61,520 nt of DNA from Chiloscyllium plagiosum (taxonomy: Eukaryota): the NCBI RefSeq assembly GCF_004010195.1, contig NC_057719.1, positions 25,864,377 through 25,925,896 on the forward strand. Direction: 5' to 3'. The translations under genes and the position numbers were made by a program. The first letter of the stretch is position 1. Every line of letters begins with the position of its first letter. This document shows, piece after piece, positions 23,793 through 37,462 of the stretch. The notes under the pieces were generated by a model that saw only the letters and a list, made by a program, of their open reading frames with translations, did no database searches and was not told the origin of the DNA.

Positions 23793-25105
23793 AATAGACA
23801 ATAGACAATAGGTGCAGGAGTAGGCCATTCAGCCCTTCGAGCCTGCACCGCCATTCAATATAATCATGGCTGATCATTCCTAATCAGTATCCTGTTCCTG
23901 CCTTATCTCCATTACCCTTGATTCCACTATCTTTGAGAGCAAATTTGCTAATCTTCTTAAAGGAATCCAGNNNNNNNNNNNNNNNNNNNNNNNNNNNNNN
24001 NNNNNNNNNNNNNNNNNNNNNNNNNNNNNNNNNNNNNNNNNNNNNNNNNNNNNNNNNNNNNNNNNNNNNNNNNNNNNNNNNNNNNNNNNNNNNNNNNNNN
24101 NNNNNNNNNNNNNNNNNNNNNNNNNNNNNNNNNNNNNNNNNNNNNNNNNNNNNNNNNNNNNNNNNNNNNNNNNNNNNNNNNNNNNNNNNNNNNNNNNNNN
24201 NNNNNNNNNNNNNNNNNNNNNNNNNNNNNNNNNNNNNNNNNNNNNNNNNNNNNNNNNNNNNNNNNNNNNNNNNNNNNNNNNNNNNNNNNNNNNNNNNNNN
24301 NNNNNNNNNNNNNNNNNNNNNNNNNNNNNNNNNNNNNNNNNNNNNNNNNNNNNNNNNNNNNNNNNNNNNNNNNNNNNNNNNNNNNNNNNNNNNNNNNNNN
24401 NNNNNNNNNNNNNNNNNNNNNNNNNNNNNNNNNNNNNNNNNNNNNNNNNNNNNNNNNNNNNNNNNNNNNNNNNNNNNNNNNNNNNNNNNNNNNNNNNNNN
24501 NNNNNNNNNNNNNNNNNNNNNNNNNNNNNNNNNNNNNNNNNNNNNNNNNNNNNNNNNNNNNNNNNNNNNNNNNNNNNNNNNNNNNNNNNNNNNNNNNNNN
24601 NNNNNNNNNNNNNNNNNNNNNNNNNNNNNNNNNNNNNNNNNNNNNNNNNNNNNNNNNNNNNNNNNNNNNNNNNNNNNNNNNNNNNNNNNNNNNNNNNNNN
24701 NNNNNNNNNNNNNNNNNNNNNNNNNNNNNNNNNNNNNNNNNNNNNNNNNNNNNNNNNNNNNNNNNNNNNNNNNNNNNNNNNNNNNNNNNNNNNNNNNNNN
24801 NNNNNNNNNNNNNNNNNNNNNNNNNNNNNNNNNNNNNNCTTCCTTTTAGGAATGAACTGATCTTGCAACTTCTGCATTATACACAGAAATATCCGCCATT
24901 GTTCCTCCACTGTCGTCCCTGCTAAGGTATTGCACCATTGAACTTTGGCCAGCTCCTCCCTCATAGCTCCATAATTCCCTTTATTTAACAGAAGTACTGT
25001 CACTTCCGACTGTACCCTCTCCCTCTCAAATTGCAGATTGAAGCTTATTGTATTATGGTCACTACTTCCCAATGGCTCCTTCACTTCAAGGTCTCTGACC
25101 AATTC
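23793..25105 (-). mobile_element. Young CR1 LINE spanning the assembly gap
   Basis: Left of the gap is the 3' tail (aatagac)2 aataggtgcagg; right of it is the EN end LEVKEPLGSSDHNTISF. That both sides belong to one copy is inferred. Confidence 0.7.
23971..24838. other. Assembly gap (868 N)
   Basis: Continuous run of N. Confidence 1.
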
Positions 25106-25374
25106 TGACCATTGAACTGAATGCTTTTGACCAAAGGCAAGCTGAGAACCATCCCACTGTGCATGCAGCTAACTCCCTACACCTCTCTCCCTGCTAACCC
25201 ATTCTGTGAACCCTCTCTCACTTTACTCCTCTGTGACCTAAGTCACTCTGTAATCTTGGATCTTGGACTTGGTCCTTCCTGCAGTAACTATAGGTCTCCA
25301 CAGGTGGTGCTACTCAGCACAGGAACCATCGATCTCTGATTGGCTACCAGCTTTGTGTAGGTGAGACCTCCAAC

Positions 25375-25560
25375 CTTTAGGTGTTTTGACCTAATGACAC
25401 CAACCAAATCATTGAATTTTTGAGAAATAATTGATTGTATCCCAATCCCATTTGCTTCAATGTTGAAAGAGACAGGCCTGTGAAAGCTGGTAATGAAGGC
25501 TTCCATGCTATCAATCTGGCAGAAAGAGGGATTATCTTTGCAGACACTCCTATAAATTTA
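25375..25560 (-). mobile_element. Decayed Harbinger-type Myb/SANT fragment
   Basis: Minus ORF includes EANGIGIQSIISQKFNDLVGVIR, carrying the KFNDL motif. Confidence 0.35.
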
Positions 25561-28362
25561 TTTGGAAGCTGCCACACACAGATTGCAAATTGTCTATTAT
25601 GGCACCACTGATACAGGAAATGGACTTCTCCAACTGACCAACTATATGTTTTACATGTTATACCCAGTGAGTAGAAATATTGCAACACTCTCACGAAGCA
25701 TCCTATCATTAACAGCACTGTCTCTGAGATCTGGACCCCATGATCTCCAACCAAAGAACAGCATTTCCTGACTCTCTGGCCAAGAACATTTAATTCCCCA
25801 TCCTTGACCTAGTGTTCCTTCTGCAAATTCATGTTCCATATAGTCCCTTCTGAGTCATCCTCATATACTTCTCAGGCAGATATTTCTTGAGCACTATTTG
25901 GTGAGGGTGGAGTGAGTGTCAACATGTGCAATAAAGTGATGTCAGTGCAGGTAGCACAGGGGATCAGGATATCTTCTGTCTCTTCTAATTCATTAGTGAA
26001 ATTCTGAGGTGGAGTAGGATCTAAGAATTCCAATACAAGTGTCACAAAAAATTCATTTGCAGGTAGAGTACATTATTAAGAAAGATGGTAGTTTGCTATC
26101 TTTTATTATGAAACCAATGAAAATAAGGAGTTAATACTTTAGTTATTCAGGGAGTTGGTGACACTATATCTCAAATTTTAGATAGCCCCAAATGATGAGT
26201 ATCTAGACCCCTGACTGACATCTATGCAATTCTTGGCTATGTTCTCATGACTCCCTGAACAGGTTGCAATGGATCCACTTCCTGGACTGAAGAGCAGACC
26301 CCTCGACCATGACCACCTCGATCAGCCATCTGACCGTGTCTGGCCTTGACTTACTGTACCAGGACCCTCTGAATGAAGGGTGTCCTCCTGGATTTGACTG
26401 AGGACTACTCTCCTTAGACCTTTGAGACACATCCATTGGCTGCAGTCAATGCAATGTGTTTGCCATGTCTGCAGCTGGCACACGGTGCAGGTGTGAGTTT
26501 GATGTAGCATATTGCCGTGCAGCAACTTATCCACTCTCTTTGACTGATGACAGTTGACAAGCTGCCTGGCTTTGTGGTTGTGATCAGCAACAAGGCAACA
26601 CAGAGGTGTGTGATCCTTTAAGGTCTAGCAGAGGGATGAAAGTACAAAAAGGCAAGGCAAGACAGGGATGCAGTGAGCATCCAAGTAAGTGTTAAGTGAG
26701 CAAGCACTGAGAGAGCAAGCAAGGAGCCCTGAGATACAACCTGGTCCAATACGTGAGCAGGGGGGGCATGACCCTGTGCAAAAAGTATAGCAATGAAAGG
26801 TGCCAGTGCACTCCAAAGCACAGCTCTGAAATGCAGAACCTAATATAAGTGGATAGGAGTTGTGCCTTGATGATGTGGAAAGACTGTCCATGGAAAATGC
26901 CCTGAGATGGTTGGTGCTGGGTGTCAAAGATGGAGGCCCAGAGGAGCAAGTGGCAAGCGGGAGTTGCTAGGTACCTGCTCTGACTTTAACATAGTGGACT
27001 CTTGGTGCCCAGTGGGTGAGAGAATGGGAGCATGTATGTTAGTGTGATGACATTAAATATCAGTGATAATCAGTGATCGATATGCTTTATGATACTACAA
27101 AGAATCAAGACTCAATAGATGAATGTTGCAATTTTTCAGTCTTGATGTCAAGAAAGGTATCACTAATTACTCGCCATAGTCCACATTGTTCAGGAGCAGG
27201 GAAGATTCCACTTAAAATCTATTAGCTTCATAGGATGTATAATAAGAAAGAATACTATCCACAACAATTATAATGAAACTTCATGTTGAACACTTAGATT
27301 AATGTCATCACGCCATGGACAGTTATGGTTGCATTTAACACGTAAACCAGGCAGTCTTAGATACAAGGAGGATGAGTTAGGGGAATTTAAACACTAGAGT
27401 CCAGAATGAAATCTGAGCAGGATTTAGAGCTATAGAATCATAGAGATGAACAGCACATAAACAAACCCTTTGGTTCAACTCTTCCATGCTGACCAGATAT
27501 CCTAAATTAATCTCGTCTCATTCACATTTCATTCACATATATAATTGCACAGAAGATAATGACAAATGATACTTTTGAAATATGCCACTGAATTAAGCTA
27601 TTAAAACTAAATTATCCTTTCTCATTCCTGAGCTCTGTTACATTGTTTTACCATCTGACACAGTATAAAACTGTTTCCTCATCATTTCCTACTTACATGG
27701 TTGATAGAGATGATGTTCAACTAATTCACTATCTAATTTAAAGCAGGTTTTTGACGTATTATACTCTTCGGCAGATGATCAAGATCTTCTTGTAAAATAC
27801 CACCTGTATGATGCAAAATCTATTATTATTTCAAATACAGCTTTAATTTATGTTTGTACATGTGTATGTAGGGAGGCCTCCATGTACAATCAATATCTAA
27901 GATTAGTTCTTTAATTTAGCAGTTCCTCTTCCTTCAATTACCTACAATAAATAACATGGTTAACTTTTTTTGAGTTCTTGCGATGCCCATTAGCTTGGTA
28001 ACTGAAGCAGGCAAATTCTTTCATGAAAATAAGGTGGAATTCCTGTGTTACTCCCAGTAGTGACATGACTCCCTTTTGACAGTGAGAGTAGGAAAACTAA
28101 TGGATGGGAAATCAATCACAGACAAAATAAATAGCAATTTTGATTTTAAGTCAATGTCAGGGAAAGAGTGAAATATTTTGGCTAAAGTAAAGGTGGAAGA
28201 AGAGATCCTGTTTCCTATGGGCATAATATTCCTTTTATTAATAGCTCCTTTACCTTTACCTGGGAGCAGTATAACTAGTTAGAAAACAGATTGACAATAT
28301 ACAATTGATATTCTATGGGTATAGGCCCCAAGTGAAAATCTTGTAGATGTAAGTATACTTAC

Positions 28363-28439
28363 TCCTGCTATATGAAGTAATACTCCTCCTTGTTGTCTCT
28401 CCTTATTGGTAAAAAGATCACTTGGAAATTCGTGGATAG
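28363..28439 (-). CDS. SLC24A4: NCKX4 internal coding exon (77 bp; probably exon 3)
   Basis: Minus strand reads cccattacag|CT ATC CAC GAA...ATA GCA GGA|gtaagt, encoding (A)IHEFPSDLFTNKERQQGGVLLHIAG, phase 1 to 0. It resembles recalled NCKX4 (AIHEFPTDLFSNKERQHGAVLLHILG) more than NCKX3. Confidence 0.92.
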
Positions 28440-28886
28440 CTGTAATGGGAACAACACACATCAAAGGCTGTAAAGTATCCTCAGAAGTGCTCTTCAAGTT
28501 AATGGACAGCTTCGGGAGGTCGCATATACTGTAGCTGCTTTCAAAAACAGGACTAAAATATCAAAGGATACTTTACTGAATAAACAATAGCAGAAAAACA
28601 AAAAGGAAAAGTCTCTTCAGAACAAATATCAGTAAATTTGAACAAATAGCCTTCATTGCGAATATGGTTATGTATTATCAGTGTGAATTGCGTCTTCACT
28701 CATTTAACTACATTTGGACCATCCTCATGTGTGTAAGCAAGACCATAATTGAAATCGTGAGTGCTTTAATAGAAGCTACACACTGCTTTTAGAAATGGTG
28801 AGAAAATATAGGGCTAGATTTGTTGCAACCTATTGTGGTGGAAAACCTGGTGTCTGGCCCCAATTATTCATAGGAAACACCATATA

Positions 28887-29060
28887 CAGAGAAACCTCCA
28901 GTATCCGGCACTTGATTATCTGAATATTGGATTATCCAGCAAGATCATAAGGTCCTGATGCTTAGCTAAACTATGTTATCCAGCATTTGATTATTTGGAA
29001 TTCGATTAACCGAATGAAAGACTCCCTGCCCATGTCCTTTGGATAATCGAGGTTCCTCTG
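28887..29060. mobile_element. Tc1/mariner-superfamily (pogo/Tigger-like) MITE, 174 bp
   Basis: TA|CAGAGAAACCTC...GAGGTTCCTCTG|TA gives a 12-bp TIR with one mismatch and a TA TSD. GATTATC/GATAATC motifs repeat internally. Confidence 0.8.
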
Positions 29061-29849
29061 TAAAAGGTTTCCCTGTGGTAAGCAAACTTCCTGCTATAAA
29101 GTTGAAAGTAGGAATGAGTACATTGGGGGATCTTGCCCCCTTACTGCAAATCATCAGTTAGGTTCATTATTAAGCTAATTGACACCAACCATTCCTGAGC
29201 CCATGGAATTTAATCAAGGCTCAAAGATTATGTGAGAGTCTTAGCTTTCCTGTGTCTTCCATTTGCTGTCCAGCAAATCTTATCATACTTGGCTGTAGCC
29301 TTCTCGGGGAATGGGGGAATATGGGATTTGGTGGGGGTGGGGGTAATGAGAGTCGGTGCAGCCTTAATCAAAGGCACTTATAATGCCCAACCGAGGGATG
29401 AGGCATCAGAGTGGCTGCTGAAGGTTACACTCCATCTCATTCCTACGACTCTATCCCACCCTCAGTCACCTGGGTCACTTAGCGATCCTAGACACATTAC
29501 TAGCAACAGCTGCTATCTCCTCTTTGGCTGGCAGCTCTTGACATACAGGATTTCCTCCCTGGGTCCTCAGCCCAAGGAAGACCTAACATTGATGAATTAA
29601 TTCCATTGGACCTCCTCTCAGATGTATTGCACTTGGCCTTCAACTGATGGAGAGAAGCAGAGTCAGTTCTATTCAATTCTGCCTGAGGCTTTACTTCAGA
29701 TTAATCTGATCTGGTATATCTTTATTCCACTTGCTATCTTGCCTCCCATGTTAGATTAATTTCTTGCTGCTGTCCACTTCCTGAGTATTTCCTGACTGCT
29801 AATACAGCAGTTTCCACTCTGTTAGTTCTTCCATTGAACGTGGGCTTTG

Positions 29850-31230
29850 ATAACTAGGATAGAATTGTTGATCATCACTAATTGCTCTACAGAAGTTGGT
29901 GGGGAGTTGCTTTCTTGAATCATTGCAGCCCTTGAAGTATAGGTACTCCCATAAAGATATTAGGAAGAGAGTTCTAAGATTTTGGCCTAGTAACAGTGAA
30001 AGAATGGCAGCATAGTCCTAAGACAAGAGGATGTGATGCATGGAAGGAAAATTATAGGTGGTGTCTCCATGTATCTTCAGAGTGATAAAGGTTTGGAAGG
30101 CTCTGTCAGTGGGGCCTTGGTGAGTTGCTGCAGTGTATTTTATAAATGGAAGATACCATGGTGTGTCGGTACTGGAGGAAGTGAATGGTTAAGTTGATGA
30201 AGAGGGAGACAATCAACCAGAATGCTTTGTCCTGGATGGTGATGAGCTTCATGAGTTTAACTTCAGTTGCACCCATCCAGGCAAGTGTAGAAGTGAAAAT
30301 GACAATATTCTCAGAGTACCATCATTAGAAAGAGACGACCACTGGGTTGGGTTTAACCAGGAAGTCACTATGGCTCGCGGAGACTGAGAAGCTGAGATTT
30401 TCAAGGTGGCCTTACTCTATTCAGGATTTCACTAATGCTTTTGGTGTCACTCTGCAAGGCATATCAATCATTAAGATAATTGACCTTACCAACCTAGAAG
30501 TATTGTCCACATTCTTGACTGAGTCTTATAGACAGTGGATCAGGATGGGCAATAGATAGTGAATTCCACACTTTAGAATTCCCAGCCTCTAACCTACTCT
30601 TGTAGCTGCAAGTATGAACATGGCCAACTCAGTTTCTGGTCAACTGAAACTCCCTGGATGTTAGTTTTGCAGCATTCAGCCATGATAATGTGATTAACAT
30701 TCTCTCTTTTTGGAAATTTGTGCTGCAAATATTACTTGCCACTTAATAGACTTAAACATGAATGCTATCTAAGTCTTGCTGCACATGGACATGGACTACT
30801 TAAGTATCTAAGAAATTGTGAATGGTATTGAAAACTATTATCATTAGAAAATATCCACAGTTCAGAAATTGTAATGGAAGGAAGTCATTGATAAAACAGT
30901 TGCGATGCTTTGGGCTAAAGCAATCACCTGACAAATTCCTGCTGGGACAGAGATGATTGGCCTCCATCAGCCATAACAATCTTCCTTTGTACTAAGTAGA
31001 ACTCCAACAAGTGGAATGTTTTTCCCTCATTCCAACTGATTTCAATTTGCCAGGACCCCCTTGTTGTGAGTTTTGGTTCCATGTTGCTTTGATATCAAGG
31101 GCAGTTAGTCTTTCCTCACTTCTGGAGTTCAGCTCTTTTGTTGATGGTTGAACATCAGGAACTGGAATGAGGTTGGGAGCTACCATGAGCCCAATAACTG
31201 AGATGGTCTGGCAGAACCCAAACAAAGTGT
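29850..31230 (-). mobile_element. Old LINE 3' region (family of 57405-59740)
   Basis: Encodes KELNSRSEERLTALDIKATW; the 3' part resembles 18320-18820. Confidence 0.6.
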
Positions 31231-32271
31231 CAGTGAATTGTGGCCATAAGGGCACAATTCTAAGTGTGAAAGAGTTCAAGGGTTTTTTTTCCCCAGAAGA
31301 TAAAGTTGTTATTAGTCAAACTCTCTAATTCTCATCTATCTCAAGAAATAGAATGTCTATGCCTCAAACCCATTCATTGTTAAATAACAAGCCAAATTTT
31401 AACATTTCACATTTACAGTAATTGTTATAGGGTCAGGATCCTATTGTCCACTGATTTGAATGAAAGTCAATGCCAGTTAGAGTTCCTATCTGCTCAGAAT
31501 TTGAATCTCTGCTTCAAGCAGTGGGTGGAGTTCTTGGGCTCATTTTGAGGAATCAAGTAATTCCTGACAGTAGGTTGTAGCAAAATTCCAGCCCTTCCAG
31601 CAGCAATAGTATCAGGAAGGACTGTTTTTTTACAGTATCACAGTCAATCTGCTGTGCCCTTACACAAGTCAAGATCAACAGTCATTTTCTGGGAAAGCTT
31701 CAGTCGAGGGCAAAGGATACAGTTCAATCCCTAACTCTGTAATATACCATTCTCTGTATCTATATTTATAATGGCAATTACTATGCCACAGGAATGCGGT
31801 AAGCTACCTATCAGGTAAAAGCAGTATTTAAATCTTTCTACCAATGATCCTTCAGCAGTTCTACTGGATAAAATGTGTAATTACAACATGACAAATTTAT
31901 ATTAGCAATCCTCATTAGAAATGTGTATTATGAGAAAAGGTGACAGAAATGTGCAGACACAATATTTTTACTATACTGAAGACATTCAATAGAACTTCTG
32001 GTGTAGACAAATGAACACTTTTTCCATCTAATTTTGCAAAACAGTTCATGCTTAATTAGGCTGCAAAATAAGGAAACAGGATATACCAATCTTTAGATAT
32101 GAAAATTTACAAGCTGTCCCAAGTAACTAAGTTTATCTGTTACTAATAGATCAGCTTCAAAATGAGAATATTTATAATCGAAACATTTAAGGACAATCAA
32201 AATAAATATAAAAGGAGATTAGAGATGATCAAACAAGTTCTGAGTTGCTAAGCTTTGAGAAATATCTTTAT

Positions 32272-32562
32272 AGATTAGATTCCCTATAGTTTGGAAACAG
32301 ACCCTTTTGCCCAACAAGTCCACACCGCCCCTCTGAAGAGTAACCCACCCTGACCCAGTTCCCTCCCTATATTTATCCCTAATGCACCTAACACTATGGG
32401 CAATTTTGTATGGCCAATTCACCTGACCTGCACCAGGACGAAACCCATGCAGACACGGGGAGAACATGTAAACTCCACACAAACAGTTACCCAAGGCAGG
32501 AATCAAACCAAGGTCCCGGGCATTATGAGGCAGCAGTGCTAGCCACTAAACCACCATGCCAC
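32272..32562 (-). mobile_element. HE1-like V-SINE with an internal deletion
   Basis: HE1 head and tail present, with a (gatta)n end on the + strand. Confidence 0.82.
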
Positions 32563-35500
32563 TGTATAAGAACAATATAAGAAGGAAAACAAATAAACAT
32601 TGATTGCAAATCTAAGTGATGCAATTAATAGTCTGGAGGTTTGATTAATCTATGTTTGGGCGTCCAGGAAAATTTACAGACCGTCTTTGTAGAAGGCTGG
32701 GCAAAGTCAAGGAAAGAATGAATGCCATTGTCCAGGAAACAAATTCTTTTGATAGTCAAATGAACTTGCTAATTTCATGCTTTCTTCTTATGTCCTGATG
32801 TGAGTTACTGCAATTGTGCCCAAAAGCATATTGAGATGGTACATGTCGTCAGTTATTCCCTCAATTGCTCAAACGGTTTTAATATACGCAGACATAAGAA
32901 AGAAAGAACAGCATTGTTAAAGTTATACTGCAGGAGTCATAGCCCCATCTCGTGCATGAATTATCCCAGCAGAGTGCTTGGCCAGTCTATTCCAAGCCAA
33001 TCTGAGTATACAGTCTGGTTGAAAACACATCAGAAAAGTCAGAACGTCCATTCCAAATAGTGCACCCATTACATTTTGGGAAGTGTAAAATGTTTTGGGC
33101 CATTATTCTTTCAATGTTTATTCCACAAAGAATGTTGAACCTCCTCTTCATGTGTAGTCTCAGATCAAGCCCCTCAGTCAGCACCTAGTATTGGCAAGTC
33201 TAATATAATATGGTCTGATCTAGTTGTTATCATGTGTAAGCGTTGTCACACTGACTGATCAAAATGGTGATCTCAGGTGACCTGATACAGTTCTCACTTT
33301 GCATGCACATTTTCCAGTAGAACCCACTGACTGGGGGCAACAACCTTGTTTCATTCTCCCTGTCGTAATTTACATATTTTCTAATCAACCTGTTCAGAGT
33401 GTCAGTGTGTTATGACACACCTCTGGAAAAGGTAAAACTTGAACACAGGCCTCCTGGTTCAGAGGTAGGACACTACCACTGCACCACAAGAGCCCTCCTG
33501 TCTAAATTTAGGTCTACCCCAGGGCAATTGTAACCCCCAACCACTGCTCTGATTGTCACCTCCCAATTAATCACGTGTTAGTAACTGTTTCAAACAACAT
33601 CCGCAGCATTCAGGAAGTATTAAAAGAATGTCATTGTAATTGTGGATAACCTCTGAAATCGCTGAATATTTAAAGTTAAATAAGGAAAGTAAATGATACC
33701 CTCATGGTATTACATAAAATAGCGCCTTTGTTATTGAAGTCTATATTTATCCCTTTCTCTCCTGTTCCTGTTTTGAAGTCAAGGTTGAGATTAAAAAGTG
33801 GGTCAGCATCTTATCCAAATCTCTATTCTTCATGTATGAGTGACAGCAAGGAGTTTTACCAGTTACTCAAACCAAAAAGACCTCAAAGTTCAGCTCAATT
33901 CTAGCTTCAAATAACATTCACACATTTGAAATTTCTAAATATCTGATTGATCACTTGAAGGCCCCATTGCTATTGACTCAGTCCAGATCAGGAGTCCAAC
34001 CAGAAACCTTCACAGTCTGCTTAGAGCAAGTTGCCACTGGGCACTGTGTTTAAATACTGAGCTTGTGGAAGGTTATTAAAATATAAATCAAAAATACTTT
34101 GGATAATTTCACTTTCAGATTTTTATACACACATTTGTACATTACTATATATCTTCAGTTTGGAATCATTGTGCTGTTAATTGTTTCGCAGAAAAACATT
34201 TTATCCAAACACTTCCATCTGTTTTGCCAGGATAGCCAAAACTATTGACTGGAAAGTGGAAAATTGTGAACATTGCCCCAAGCCTGTTCCTTAATTCAAT
34301 CAACAGAAGCAGCATGTAAATACTGCAGCTAGAACAACAGGTATCTGTGTATTTTGCATCAAGTGACTCACCTAAAAAACCCTGACGTCTATTTAGCATC
34401 TGCATGGCACCATTCAGGAGTGTGACATGGAATATTCTCCACTTTCCTGGATGGATTCAACTCCAATAACATATAAGAAACTTAACACCATTCAGGACAA
34501 AGCAGTGCCCATGATAGTCTTTATTGTCACTTGATATAATACCTCAAACATTTACTCCCTGTTGCAGGAATACATTGTGACTGCACCATACAGCAATGGT
34601 TTTGCTCTTAGCATTCAGTAAGACTCATTGTATAACTCTGAGGCTTAGTGCATTCTTGCCCTCTTGTGGATATTTTGCTCCATGTGACTCCAGGATTCTG
34701 TTCATGCATTGTTGATAATGCAATGTCAACCAAACTTACTTGGTTCAATCTTCTGAAGAACAGCATCGGATTGCTTTTCCCTGCCCACATCCCACATTTC
34801 TGGCTGGGTCTTCTAATTGCAGCTCCTTAAATCAAATTCCTTCCTCATGCCTCTGGATTATCGAGGGAAGACAAGCAATGTGTTCATTTCATAGCACTCG
34901 CTGATTAAGTGTTCAGTAAGACACTGAAAAGCCTGGGAAATTTTAAGAGCTTTTTGGTGTGTTAGTGACTAATAAGCAAGTGGGTAGCATGGGTAAAATA
35001 AATAGATGGGGGCACAGTGGCACCTGGGTCAGTGGCACCTCAGCAGGTCTAGTGGTAGATGGGTAGGATGTGAAGGGATTAGGTGAGGGATTCAGAGAGG
35101 GCTAAATGGGATTGATGAAGGGTTAAGAGTAGAATTGGGAAGGAGTCAGAATTCTGAATTCCCTCAGAATTTCTACCATTGCTGAATTGAAACTTATCAA
35201 GTATCAAGTCTTTCCCTGCTTTTTATAGGGGTTAGATAAACAAAAAAAACAAGTAAACGTTTGTTGAAGCGAACAACGGTCCTTGTTGTATTTAAAAATT
35301 GCAGGCAATTGTGAAATTAGCTGGAGCATTTTAAAGGTATTCTGATTGATGATACTTGAACAACAACACAGATGGGTCAACAGAAGAAAGGAAAGCTTAA
35401 TTTATGTGACAAACAGAACATTTCGTTGTGCTCATCAAACACACGGTATGGTACAAAAATAGGACACTGGAAAGTCCAGGGAGACCATAAACTTCTAATT

Positions 35501-35693
35501 CCACCTATAGGCACGAACGGTGATCATTTGAACTTGAACCATTTTGCGCTCAATATACTGCAGTTATTTGACACTTGGAAATTATAAAGGTAAAGTTAAT
35601 GCTCTTCCCATCACACAATTCTGTCCTTCAAATGTTCTTTCTGTCTGAACCATCAATGACTAAACTACTTTAAATGGACATTATGAGCCATTC

Positions 35694-36750
35694 CACTTTA
35701 GAAAATCCCAGATGGCTGACCAATTCCACCTTCGAAAATCTCAGATGGCCTTTTTCTTCCAAGATTGCAACTTCCCTTCCCACGTGATCGACGATGCCCT
35801 CCAGTGCATCTCCTCCACTTCCCGCACCACCTTCCTTGAACCCTACCCCTCCCAACACAACAAGGACACAGCCCCCTTAGTCCTCACCTTACACCCCACC
35901 AACCTCCGCATACAATGCATCATCCTCCGCCACTTCCACCACCTACAAACAGACGCCATCACCAGAGATGTATTTTCCTCCCCACCCCTATCAGCATTCT
36001 GGACAGACCATTCCCTCTGCGACTCCCTCGTCAGGTCCACACCCCCCATCAACGCAAACTCCAATCCCAGCACTTTCCCCTACCACTGCAGAAGTGCAAA
36101 CTGTGCCCACACTACTCCCCTAACCTCCATCCAAGGTCCCAAAGGATCGTTCCACAGCCAGCAGAAATTTACCTGTACCTCCACCAATTTCATCTATTGT
36201 ATCCGTTGCACCCGACATGTCTCCTCTATATCAGGGAGACAGGATGCCTAAGTGCAGATCGTTTCAGAGAACATCTCTGGGACACCTGCACCAAGCAACC
36301 CACCGCCCCGTGGCTGAACACTTCAACTCCCCCTCCCACTCTGACAAGGACATGCAGGTCCTGGGCCTTCTCCAATGCCAAACCTTTACCACCCGATGGG
36401 ATTCTGCAACCACATGGGATCAATGTGGATTTCAACAGTTTCCTCATTTCCCCTCCCCTCACATTATCCCAATCCCAAGTCACCATCTCAGTATCACCAT
36501 CCTGACCTGTCCATCACCTTTCCCATCTATCTGCTCCACCCTCCTCTCCAACCTATCACCTTCTCCCTCACCTTCATCTACCTATCGCATTCTCAGCTAC
36601 CTTTTCCCCAACCCCACCCCCTCCGATTTATCTCTCAGCGCCCCGGCCCACAAGCCTCATTCCTGATGAAGGGCTTATGCCCAAAACATGGATTCCCCTG
36701 CTCTTTGGATCCTGCCTGACCTGCTGTACTTTTCCAGCACCACAATCTCG
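35694..36750 (+). mobile_element. 5'-truncated Penelope-like element with a GIY-YIG endonuclease remnant
   Basis: Encodes PLVLTLHPTN, FTCTSTNFIYCIRC, LLYIRETG..ADRFREHL and PVAEHFNSPSHS. 14-bp TSD attatgagccattc (35680-35693 and 36751-36764). CTGATGA-AGGGCTTATGCCC-AAAA at ~36663. Confidence 0.9.
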
Positions 36751-37462
36751 ATTATGAGCCATTCAGGGCCGCTTCAGTCTGCAAGTAACAAAAACAGAAA
36801 TTTCTGGAAAGGCTCAGCAAGTCTGGCAGCATCTGTGGAGATTTCTGTTTATGTTTCTGATTTACAATATCCACAGTCCTTTCTGTTTTTATTCAGTCTG
36901 TCCAGGTGCATGGTTGGGCTTTGAAGATGGAACCAGTGTCAAAAAGCCCAGCAGTGGTCAATACTTCTGCCTGTTGGAAGTGGGAGAACATGGGGCACCA
37001 AAGAATGGCACGCAAAGGTAATGAGGTAAACCTGGGAAGATGGCACAATAAAACCCTGTAGGTTTGGCAGCAAGAAACCCTCCACGAAACTTGCCAAAAA
37101 TGATACTTTGCCAATTTCTGGTAGGATTCTGCTCGAAGGGATTGCACGTAGCCACTGTATTGCAAATAAATATTTGAGAAAAGTACCCTGGACTCAAGAA
37201 GCAGTACTTGGAGAGTTTAAGTATGTTAGATCTCGTAAACACCAGAAAACACAAAATTATGCCTGACTCCATAACCATTGGATGGGGCTTTGAACTGCCC
37301 AACCCTGCAATTTACATCAGCAAGGATGAGATAGCTGCATGTTGGCTGGTTATCAGGACTCATATCCTGCGCTGGTGAAAGCTACTCGAAATAGAAATGG
37401 GTGCAGAAGACTTGGAATCAGATTCCCCTCACCAACTTTTAAAGGACTTCAGAGCCAACAGA

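Noticed and set aside
23918..25102. 335- and 381-aa ORFs
   Set aside because: Artefacts of translating through the 868-N gap.
35712..36666. Intact or domesticated GIY-YIG nuclease gene
   Set aside because: The motifs are split over three frames, the RT core is missing and the copy is TSD-bounded, so it is a dead Penelope fragment.
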